Below are positions 52,653 through 64,000 of a DNA stretch of 64,000 nt, in pieces. Under the pieces are notes generated by a model. The model was not told where the DNA came from. It saw only the letters and a program-made list of their open reading frames with translations, and ran no database searches. Numbering within the stretch: the first letter of the stretch is position 1; each line of letters starts with the position of its first letter. Source of the DNA: the human T2T-CHM13v2.0 reference genome, Homo sapiens. The stretch lies in the NCBI RefSeq assembly GCF_009914755.1, contig NC_060932.1, one strand, 5' to 3'. The translations under genes were made by a program, and so were the position numbers.

Positions 52653-53673
52653 GGAAAGAAGGACTTCACTGGACTCAGAAGCTGGATTGAATGTAGGGAT
52701 GGAGGGACAGGATGCTGTTTAGAGTGATGTAGTAGTTGTTTTTTTTTCCCGCCCCAAGCCCCTTTGTGGGGCCATCCTCCAAAATGCCATGAGTGCTGGC
52801 TGCTGACAATGCATTACTGCACCTCCTTTTGGAGAATTTGCTTGGCCTCATGAGAACTCCCTTGCTGGAAATGCCTGGGAGGCTAGGTACCCCTACCAGG
52901 GCAGCCCATGACCAATAATGACTGACCAATATGGGTATCCAAAAGCCTGGCCCCCTGCCTCAGTGTGAGACAGTTGTACCATTTATGTGCCTGAGTTCCC
53001 TCTGGAGTTAGGCAGGGATTTGGCTTATTCCGTAGCATTTTCTCAGTGAATCACTTGCTTCCCAGCTCAGGCTTAAGTAACTGGATGGACACTGGTGTCC
53101 TTCAAGATGGGGAATGGGGGAGTAGAAGGCCCACTTGTGTCAAGTTTATGAATGGAACTGAAGTGCAGCGTGAGCATTTCCCCCCACAGAATGTGTTCAC
53201 TAGACTCATGGAGCCTGGAGGAAGAAACCGCTATCTGTAGTATGTTTGTACTTGCAATTAGTTCTCTGACCAAATGCAAATGGACAGTTTTATCTTTGAC
53301 ACTTTGAGAAGATGGAGCAATGCCTGCTTCAGTGTCCAGCCTCTGTGGTGTCAGTGCTTGAGTAATATTGGCCTCATAGAGGCCTCTAGTCAAGTCCTGC
53401 CTTTGCCATCTGCCAGCTGTGTGACACTGGGTTATGTTACTTAGCCTCCCTGAGCCTTATATTCCTGATCCCCCAAATAGGGAAATAATAGCATTTAACT
53501 CAGGTGATAATTGTGATAATTAAATCAGATAATACATGTTTGTGTTTATAATGCAGGCTGGAATTCCGTTAAGTGCAAAAAAAAAAAAAAATAAGTAATT
53601 CCTACAATGAATAACACAACGCTTTGACAACGATGCCCATTTGTGATTGTAAATGTCTCAGGCTTAGATTTAC

Positions 53674-53820
53674 CTCATCGAAGTCAGCAATGATCTCATT
53701 GAGCAAGCGCAGGCATTCCACTCCCTGGTTATTCATTTCAGTCTGAGAGTAAAAGTCCGCAAATCCTGGGATGGAGGCAAACATCACCCCAACAGCATCA
53801 TAGGATTGAGAATACAGCTC
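53674..53820 (-). CDS. ADCY8: ADCY8 internal exon (147 nt), start of C2a
   Basis: gtctctgtccag|GAGCTGTAT...TTCGATGAG|gtaaat, translating [49 protein letters not shown] (49 codons, phase 0-0). I found no further upstream exon within the window. Confidence 0.97.
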
Positions 53821-53969
53821 CTGGACAGAGACACACAGAGGGCACCAGAAATGGTCATCAGAGGTCGGTTCTGCAGTGATGCTTCCTGTGCACACATGTG
53901 TGTACACACGTGCACAGTCACCCACAGAGAGACAGAAAATGAGGCTTGGATATCGTTATGTCAACAGTG

Positions 53970-54337
53970 TGTTTTAGTCCATGTGGGCTGCTATAACAAA
54001 ATACCTTAGACTGAGTGGCTTATAAACAACAGAAATTTATTTCTCACAGTTCTGGAGGCTAAGAAGTCCAAGATCAAGGTACTGGCAGATATGATGTCTG
54101 GTGAGGACTCACTTTCTGGTTCAGAGATGTTGATTTCTCACTGTGTCCTCAAGTGGTGGAAGAAGCAAGGCAAATCTTTGGGGCCTTTTAAAATGAGGGC
54201 ACTAATCCCATCCAGTAGGGGTTTTACCTTCATGATCTAATCACCTCCCAAATTTCCCACCTCCTAATACCATCACCTTGTGAGTTAGGGTTTCAACATA
54301 GGAATTCTGGAGGATCATGAATATTCAGTCCATTGCA
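53970..54337 (-). mobile_element. MLT1A-type MaLR solo LTR, ~150 nt upstream of the 147-nt exon acceptor
   Basis: tgttttagtccatgtgggctgctataacaaaatacc...ggaggctaagaagtccaagatcaagg...attcagtccattgca. Confidence 0.85.
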
Positions 54338-54479
54338 CCACAGTCACAGCATCATCACCATATGGAATGTGATGACTGAAAATTCATGGTCTCCAGCCTC
54401 AGCTGGGGCCTGAGTTCTGACTGCCAGTTCATTCATTCTTGGTAAGCTTCCTTTTCTTTTCTCCTCAATGGCTAGTCCA

Positions 54480-55970
54480 AACCTTCAGATCTCCACTTAA
54501 CCCTCTACTCTATTTCTCTCAGTGGATGATCTTACCTTTCTATTTCATTGAGAACATGGTGGTGGCTCTTGGTGGTGACTTACCTCTGTTCCAATCCTCA
54601 TAGACTTGCCTGTTATTCATTTTCTTCTCTTTCACTTCAACTCCAGATGATGATGTGTCTGTCTTTCCTTCTCTTGCTGAAGGTCAATACTTCTACCTGA
54701 TCATTTTATAACTTCTTCAGCAATTTACTTTTTCAGTGATCCTTTTCTTTCCCATTTCTTTCTCCTAGCCTCCTCTCCCTGCTCCTCCTCATCTTCTAAG
54801 AGTCTCTTCTAAGAAAAAGAACAAAGTGCCCTGGATCCTGCAGACACTTGTGGCTATCAACTAGGTTCTCTTCCTCCTTGTTTCCAAACTTCTCAAACTA
54901 GTTACCTTCACTGCCTATTCCCACGCTCTTAATGCCCACTGGCATCTCAGACTGGAATGAAATGAACTAAGAACAGTCTAGCCTGCAGTCAAAGTGGAAA
55001 AATCAATGCACACATGTAAGTTTATATCCTGCTGGACACCTGCAGATTGGTGTTTTTATTGATCACCCCAAGATCTTGATTCTCTTGACTTTTTATGCTT
55101 TAGTGATGTCCTTTGCTTTTCTCATGCCTGGCCCCTTTGAGAATGCCTTTTTTTTTTTTTTTTTTTTTTGCTTCTCTTACACCTTAAATGTTGGTGATTG
55201 CTATGGTTCTGTCCTTGGCCCACTGAATGGCTCAACTTTACACACTTACCTGGTCCATCTCGTTTCAATACCCATGTGCTGACGGTTTCTAAATTCCTGT
55301 GTTAAGGTTAGTTATCCTTCTTGGGCTTCAAGCTACCATGTCTCATGCTTGGTTGCCCTCACCCTCCTCCAATCACAAATTCCATAAACTGAGTGCATCT
55401 TCTCTCCAACTAAGCCTGTGTCTACTGCATTGCTCTCTAATTCACTTGGTGGCACCAGCATTGCCAAATCATCAAAATGAGAGACCCTTAGAGTCATCCT
55501 GACTCCTTCCCCATTGTATCCATCTTCAATAAATCATCAAGTTCTGCTGGGCTTGTTTTTGTCTTCTAAACATATTTGCTCCTACCACTGTGTGTGTGTT
55601 TTTAAAAATCGGGCTCTTCCCATTTTCCTTCTTGATCACTAAAATGAGAGCCTTCTACTGGGTTTCCTGACTCCAGTCTTGTTCCATTCAAAGGCATCCT
55701 TCACACAGCAGCCAGAGTGATCTATTAAAGATACACTATTGACCATGCCTCTCCCTATCTTAAATCCCTCCAATGGCTCACCATTGCCCTCAGGATAAAG
55801 CTCACACACTGAAGCATGACATATATGCATGCCCCTGCCTCCACCTATCTCTTCAGCTTTATTGTCTGCAACTCCCCAGTTGGATATGTGCTCCAGAACA
55901 CGGAAGCATTTGTACTTCTGTGTGCATGTGGTGTCTGATGCTGTAGGTGCTCTGCCTGCATCCTCTCACC
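54480..55970 (+). mobile_element. Degenerate L2
   Basis: gatgatcttacctttctatttcattgagaa, ggttctgtccttggccc, ttagagtcatcctgactcc, cagccagagtgatct, ctcaggataaag in L2 order. Confidence 0.7.
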
Positions 55971-55979
55971 CAGTGTTCA

Positions 55980-56383
55980 AGTGTCAACCCTTGTGTTTCT
56001 TCTCCGCTAGATGGTGTTTTTGTCTGGCCACTAGAGGGCACTCTGCCCAAGTGACACGCAGCCTTGGGAGGTGCCAGGAAATTAACACCCCTCAGAAGCA
56101 GCACTTGACCAATGCCAGTGGGAACTGCTGGAGAGTCCCGGCTCCCTCGCCCCTTGGGCCTGATAACTTTGAGGCATGCTCTCACACCATTTCCCTGAAT
56201 TTCCCAGCCGGATTAAGCTCCAGTCGCCCACAGAGGTAACTAATCGGATGATGCATCATTTATCGGTTGCCTTCCTTTTCATTTTCCAAGCTACTTGTGT
56301 TTACTGGGACCACCGCTGAGTAAATTACTTGCATTCAAATCCTTGTCTCAAGGTTTGCTTCTGGAAGAACCCAAACAAAGACA
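55980..56383 (+). mobile_element. LTR16-family (ERVL) LTR
   Basis: ggaaattaacacccctcagaagcagc...gaccaatg...acttgcattcaaatccttgtctcaaggtttgcttctggaagaacccaaacaaagaca. Confidence 0.75.
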
Positions 56384-57409
56384 CAAACCCTGTTCTATTT
56401 CACACTTAAATGCTTTTATTCCTACCGTCTGTCCCTGGGTGGGAAATGTTCTTCCTTCCCTGCAGTTAGCTTCCTTTACCAGGCTAACTCTTGTTTTCTG
56501 CCTCCGCTAACCATTTAGAGACCACGACTTCCACAAGTCACAGAGGGGGTTTAGAGGCTGCACTTGGTGCTTTGCAGTGACCTCAAAAACTCTACAGTAT
56601 AGCCCTTGCCACCTGCATTACTGTCTTAACATCCATTTCTTCCTTCAAGTGTGGATTCCATGAGGGCAAAAACCACATGCCATTCATCTTATTGCACTCC
56701 AATTATGTATCATGCGATTAGTAGTTTTTAGATGCCCCTATATAATGCACACCCTAGACAGTCTGGTCCAAGGTAAATACTCAAAACTGTTGGTTGATTA
56801 ATGACTTCCTGACCTTCGTAGGAAACATGAAACCTTACAAATTGCTTTCATATGAATTCAGTGATTTAATCCTTGCAATAATTCTATGAAGTCATATGAT
56901 AATTATTCCCACTTTACTGATACAGGAAATGAGACAGAGAGGAGTTAAGTCATTGTTTTGGATCACACAGCTAGTAGTGGAAGAGAGGATCAGAGGACTC
57001 CCAAGGCCTTTCCCTGCACTACACATGTGAGTGTGCCTCCTCCACATGCATGCCCTAGGTCAGAGAAAGATGGTGTCACTGATTCATCATCAATTTCTCT
57101 TGAACTTTAAGCATGGATTAATCTAAACTGATGCCTTCTTTAGTCCTTATCCAAAAGAGCACAGGCAGCTGATGACTGGCTAGGTAGGGCTGGGCAGGGT
57201 AGAAAGAGTGCAGATAGCAGTCAGGGAGCAGAGCAAAGGTAAATGGCTTTCAAAGGTGGATTTCTGTTTTCCTTGGCTTTGAACAATATGGTGATGCCAC
57301 GAAGGAGCCTGACTGTGCAGCAGGAGTCAGAGATCCTGCTTAAGTAAATGTGCATCCTCCTAATGGCTGTGGTTTGGTGGGAAAGTCTCTGTTTACTGTA
57401 TTACCTATA

Positions 57410-57780
57410 GTATTTGTTTGCTAGGGCTGTTGTAATAAAGGACCATAGACTCTGTGGCTTAAACAACAGATGTTAGTTTTCTCACAATTGGAGAGGCTGG
57501 AAGTCTAAGTTCAAGGTGTTGGCAGGTTGGTGTTGTCAGAGGGCTTTCCCCATGGTTACAGATGCTGTCTTCCCTGTGTCTTCACTTGGTCTTCCCTTAG
57601 GTTCTAGTCTCCTCTTTCTATTAGGGCACCAGTCATGTTGGGTTAGGTCCCCCTAATGACCTCAGTTTAACTTAATTACCTCTTTAAAGATGCTGTCTCT
57701 AAATACAGTTACATTTTGAGATCCTTGGGGTTAGGACTTCAACATATAAATTTTCGGGAGACATAATTCAGTCCATTATG
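57410..57780 (-). mobile_element. MLT1B/C-type LTR
   Basis: ctagggctgttgtaataaag...ggcttaaacaacag...ggggttaggacttcaacatataaatttt...attcagtccat. Confidence 0.8.
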
Positions 57781-57997
57781 CCTATATTTTTATTTTCTGC
57801 TTAGAAATAGAGAAAAAAGAGAAGATCCTACCCTCTAAAATTCATTGTGTAATTATGCAGTCCAGATCCCTTCCCACTTTGGTTTATGCCCTGTGATGTA
57901 AATGCCTCCATGGTATAAAATGGCAGGCAGCCAGGGGTGTCTTAACGATTGTTTGTCTCCCTGAATATTCTAATGAATGCCAGCTCCTCTCACACTC

Positions 57998-58296
57998 TTT
58001 TGTTTTTGTTTTTTGAGACAGAGTCTCACTCTATTGCCCAGGCTGGAGTGCAGTGGCAGGATCTATGCTCACTGCAACCTCCACCTCCTGGGTTCAAGTG
58101 ATTCTCATGTCTCAACCCCCTGAGTAGCTGGGGTTACAGGCGCCTGCCATCATACCAGGCTAATTTTTGTATTTTTAGTAGAGATGGGGTTTCATCACAT
58201 TGGCCAGGCTGGTCTTGAACTCCTGGCCTCCAGCGATCTACCCACCTAGGCCTCCCAAAGTGTTGGGATTATAGGCATGAGCTACTGCCCCCAGCC
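57998..58296 (-). mobile_element. Diverged Alu (Sx/J)
   Basis: Full Alu body, ttttgagacagagtctcactct...gagctactgcccccagcc. Confidence 0.9.
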
Positions 58297-60619
58297 TCAT
58301 GCCCTTTTCCTTAGTTTTATTTCTCAGTCTTTCCATCATTTGAAATATTCTGATTGCTTAAATAAAAATGTGATAATAATATTAGCTACTTTTTTGAGCA
58401 CTTACTATGTGCCAAGCACAATGCAAAAGATTGCACATACATCATCTCATTTAATGTTTACCATGTCCCCATGAGACAGATACAAGTAAGACCCTTATTT
58501 CATCTATGGGGAAACTGGGGGATACAGAGATTAAATACTTTACCCGAGCCCCATAGTTGTTATGACGTAGAGCTGAAATTTGTACTGCTAATAATAACTA
58601 TAATTATAGCAACAACAACAGCAGTAATAATAATAATGACAAGCAGGAATAAGTGACATGGAAACTGAAAACTGGTTTAGGTTTGTCCATCTGACTGGGT
58701 GGTCGTTTCACAGTGGAGGGGTAAGAAAGAGCTTGAAGAAATATGACCTGAGTTCAGATCTTGATTCTGTGGTATCCTGCTGGAGGTTGGAGAAGTGGGA
58801 ATAGGGTGGGCTGGGACTCACCCCTCCTTTCCATAAGATGCTAACTGATGGAGGGAGTGGCTACAGGGGTCTGACAGTCAGTTGAAGACCAAACCCCCAA
58901 CACAGACTCTCAGATAAGGATGGATTGGACAATGTGTCTTGGATCTGAGGCATAAATGGGAACCTTTAGCTCCTTCCTGTGAGACAGAGTGGGACTGAGC
59001 TAATTTGTCTATTCAGTGGCTGGCAGGGAGCCTGGAGAATGATGGGTCTTTAGCTTCTTGTGGGGCAGAAAGGGAAACCTGTGTTATGTGGCTTGCCATA
59101 TGTGAGGAGAAGGTGGGTTCACCTTGGGCACAAACAGGTCCATGAGGATACAAGACAGATTGAGGTCTTTGTGGGTCTTTAGCACCCGGGCCCCACAATT
59201 GTCTCGAGGTCCAGTGACCCTGTCTTTCCCCAGTCTGGTGGGGTAAAGCACCATAAGAGAGGGAGAGACTCCCTCCCCGGCATTTCCCCACAGGGTGGAC
59301 GGTGTTAGAGGGATTTCCTCCTCAGCTGGTGAAGGCAGGAACGTGGGAAGAGAGGAGCGCTCGACCCCCACAGCTGTGGGCACATGACTCTGGGCAAGTG
59401 AGGTGACTCCTCTGACCACAGGTCCCTCAGCAGTTGATGACAGTGCCAGCTCTTGCTCTGCTTTTGCCCTTGGTGGCCCTGAGATGCTCCACTCCAGTTG
59501 TCTGCCTGCTCCTCTGTGCCATGACTGGCAGTGGCTACTCACGCTGGTTCCAGTAACTGCTTTTTCTCCTTGTCCCTTTCAGCCTGGGAGCCATCACAGC
59601 TTCCCACAATTGCTGAGCACAGTGGAATATTCATCTCCTCCTTATCCCTATTGCTTCAATTAGAGACCCAGCAGAAAAGAGGGCACACATTCAGATCAAG
59701 ATGATTCAGGAAGGGTTAACTGATAAAGGGCTTAATTAGAAAGATGAGGGCAGGAAGTAGGGAAACCCTAAGAAATCTCCCAGAAACCCAAGGCTAGTGG
59801 TGGGAGAGCAGTCATCCCTCTAGGCTCAAAGGGATGAGAAGAGCCCAAAAGGAGTGAGCTCGTTTGACATTGGAGGCAGCACAGCAGTGGCCTTGGGAGG
59901 AGATATTAATTTCTGTGAAGTGACATAGCCAGCCTCAGGCAATCGCAAGGGAATAAACATCCTCACCTCACATTCCTCACTTCCCCTCATCTCTTACCCA
60001 GGGCCGGCCATTGATGATCCCTCACCTGGGTGCCTGAGGGCCGAGCAGGTCACAGATGTAACCCATGTAGATGAGCCCTCTCACCCGTGACCCCTCAGGA
60101 AGAGCAGAGAGAAGAGGTGAAGGGATTTTGAGGGGCACACGGAGGAGCTCTGGACAACCTACATACACCTTCCAAGACAGTCCCTTCACTCAACTCACTC
60201 CAGTCAACAGCCTTGAGTGTGCCATCTGTTTCTTGATATTTTGGGCTTCAAAAATATAAAAACACTTTGTAAACTGGGGAGGAATTGATGAATATAGAAA
60301 AGCTATTATTGGTTTATTGTGATCTTCCTCTGGTTGGTCGAAGGTATGGACTTAGTAGAGGATTTTGAACATGTGCATGCGCTCCGTCGCACACCTGCAT
60401 ATGTCAGTATGAGGACTGACGTCCTCTCTGCCTGGGGAACTATAGTCCGGTCCTTCACCTGCTCAAGCAACTCCAAGTCCTGCGTTGCTTATACCAAGTT
60501 AAGCCACCTCTCAGCATGGGAGAAACTATGTCTGAGACTTGCAAACCTTATTAGCATCCTTTCATGTCATTCAGGTCTCTGATCAAATGTCACCTCCTTA
60601 GAGAGAGCTTCCATGACCC

Positions 60620-61319
<700 letters not shown>

Positions 61320-63578
61320 TCAACACTTTATTCCATTATTCAGCTACTTCTATCCTCATCAAATTCATCATTCTCTGACACTATGTTATATATTTATTTA
61401 TTTGCTTCACTGTCTTGTCTTCCCACAGAAACACATGTTTCAGAGCATCAAGGCCTTTGTTGTTTTTTCACTGTTTTAACCCCGGTATTTAGAATAGCAC
61501 CTGGCACATGGTTGGCCCTCAATAAATACTTGAGGAAGGAATGGTTGAATGAAGGGATAGGGGATGGGGCTGTGACTGGGAAGGAGTAGAAAAAATAGCA
61601 ATGACTCACATATATAAAAAACAATAGCCAACAACCAGTGTGCGTTTAAAATATGTCAAGCACCATGTAAGTGCTTTAGGCTTGATAACGCATGTAAATG
61701 TAATGAATCAGATGAAGATGCAGAGTATGGTTATGATCCCTTTGTAGCACAACAAGGGGCATGAGGAAAATGAGGTCCAGAAAGGGTTATTATCATTTGC
61801 CATTGGTCATAAAGGTAGTGAAAGGAGGAACCAGAACTAAACCCACAGCACTGGGGTTTTGAATGCACCTACACACGGCCTTTCTATAATGAAGCTGCCT
61901 GGCACCGGGCTGCATTGGGGACTTAATGTGTTGTTATCCGATTTAGCTCTGACCCCAATTCAGCAAGGTCGGTATTATTTCCCCTATTAATCAGATGAGG
62001 AAATGGACTCCAAAGAGTTGGGTAACCTGGCGTAGGTCACACAGCTAGTTAGTGACAGAGATGGGATTTATGCTGTGTGGACTCTCCAGCACCTGGGACA
62101 GCTGCCCTTGCTAGTGTCTTTTCAACAACTCCTCATAAAGCCATGATGAGCCAGTGGGTTTCCCGGGACTCAGAGCTAGCCTGCTTGACATTGATGAGAT
62201 ACTCAGGCCTGGACCTCCAGCTGGCTTTATCTGCAAGAATGTTCCTGACCAGAGGAAGTGAGTGCTATTCTAAGCCAAAAGCACAGCAGAATAGCAGAAG
62301 CTGCCAGAATGTTGGTGTGGGTAACACTGCCTTGGACAGAATGCTTCTGGGTGTGAGGCCCTGTCCACCGCCTGTGTTTGGATGGTTTGAGTCATCCTTT
62401 GTCACAGTTTCCCTTCTCTGCATGTACTTACAGTGAGGTGGAGGGGAAAGAACACTGGCTTTGGTGTTACGCATACCTGGGTTTGGATTTGAGCTCACTA
62501 CTCACTAGCTTTGTGACCATGGGTAAATTTCTTTCCTTCCCTGAGCCTCAGTTTCTTCATCTAGAAAATGGGGATAATAGTTCCTACCTCCTATTACACA
62601 TTGAATCAGATCCAAGCTACTTCAATGCTCTTCAAGACTTGTCTCTTTGTACTTATGATACCTTTGCTCTGGCCTGTTCTTTCCCTTAAAATATTTGGGT
62701 GCTTGTAGTCCCCCCAGTCCTTCTCAGCAAATATCCTATAGTATCTCATTTTTATGCCTTTGGCCATTTGGGCCTGTCTGTCTGGAATTCTTTTCCTCCA
62801 CCTCCTTGACTGATTAACATCTGGGTCCTAGGAGGGTAAGAATTAGAATCATATTACAGTTGAAGAAACTGAGGCTCAGAGAACTTAACTAACTTGCTCC
62901 AAATCACACGCTAGTAAGTGGAAGAGCTGGGATTTGAATACATGTCCTTCTGGCTTAATACGTTGGGATTTTCCCACTAGGTCACATGGCCTTATTTGGA
63001 ACACCTCAAAAGGGGTTAGAATCCAAGGAGGGAGAGAAAAGAGAGTCTGAGCTTGCAGCAATGATGGCACTGATGGCTTTCAGCATATCCCTGGCTGCTG
63101 TGGCCAGGGACATACACAAAAGTTACAACTAAGAAGTTATCTGGCTTTGCCAGCTGGAGGCTGTACATTCGGTTCCTCTTTGAGTGCGGTCTGTGGAATT
63201 ATTTTCTAAAGTGTGAGGCCCACATTGATGCAAACAAGTCAGTTGGAGGCTTTGTGCATCACACAACTCTTCTAGGTCAGCTGAAGATCAGCCATGAAGG
63301 CACTGCCACCTCAGGGATACACCTGGGAGATACCTGGCATAAGAGGAAAAGGTGGTGCTTTGGGTGCTATTGTGGCTCCGTGAAACTCACAGATGTCCCC
63401 AGTCAGATGTTCAGAAATTTGTATCACAGTTCAGATCTGTAGCAAGAGGAGAAACTAAAAATGCCTTTGCCTCTTACGGTAACAGAGAATGAAACTGGGA
63501 GTTCTTGCCGGCCACTACAGTCCTGCCCCTTCCCTGTCACCCTTTCACATATTGTATGACTCTATCTTTCTCTCTTTT

Positions 63579-63581
<3 letters not shown>

Positions 63582-63615
<34 letters not shown>
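63582..63615. repeat. (AC)17 microsatellite
   Basis: Read directly. Confidence 0.95.
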
Positions 63616-63619
<4 letters not shown>

Positions 63620-64000
63620 CTTGCCATACTCCAGAGGTGGTATGGGTAGCAGCATTGTAAGGGGGAGAGGGGCACAGAAGAAAGCAATCTGAGGGACTGG
63701 ACTCCCCTTGTGGCTTTGCATAAAGAAAGTAGGGCATACCCTGCACCTTTCAGGGCCCCAGTTTCCTCATCAATACTATGAGGCTGATGGAACTCTCAAG
63801 GTTGTAAATAGAATGAAAGATAATTTTCTCAATTGCCTATTTCAGTATCTGGCATGGAGTAGGTGTTCAGTAAATGATGTTTTATCCTAATGTGAAAATT
63901 CTCTAGGCAATGTAACCATGATTGGTGTTTAATCCTAGTCCAGTGTGAACTGTTTAAATATTTATAAAATCTCAAATAATCCTGACAAGATGTCTTATAC

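Overview
This is primate, almost certainly human, genomic DNA: it is repeat-dense and carries an AluYa5. The only protein-coding content I can support is the 3' end of ADCY8 (Ca2+/calmodulin-stimulated adenylyl cyclase 8) on the minus strand. Four GT-AG exons (53674-53820, 38632-38724, 36941-37055, 33639-34126) splice in frame into the C2a catalytic domain and C2b tail, followed by a very short 3'UTR with tandem AATAAA signals. Positions 1-33500 are downstream intergenic sequence and the rest is intron. Both are filled with LTR, LINE, SINE and DNA-transposon relics, several of them nested and with readable target-site duplications (TSDs). The other ORFs in the track look like noise from repeats or microsatellites. 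I found no new gene system. The most unusual structure is an intronic composite inverted duplication at 44350-44660: it is the reverse complement of two non-adjacent pieces of the neighbouring L2 (44925-45159 and 46731-46803), joined at a 5-bp microhomology, and could form long dsRNA in ADCY8 pre-mRNA. Repeat subfamily names come from recalled consensus sequences, and identities were estimated by eye rather than computed.
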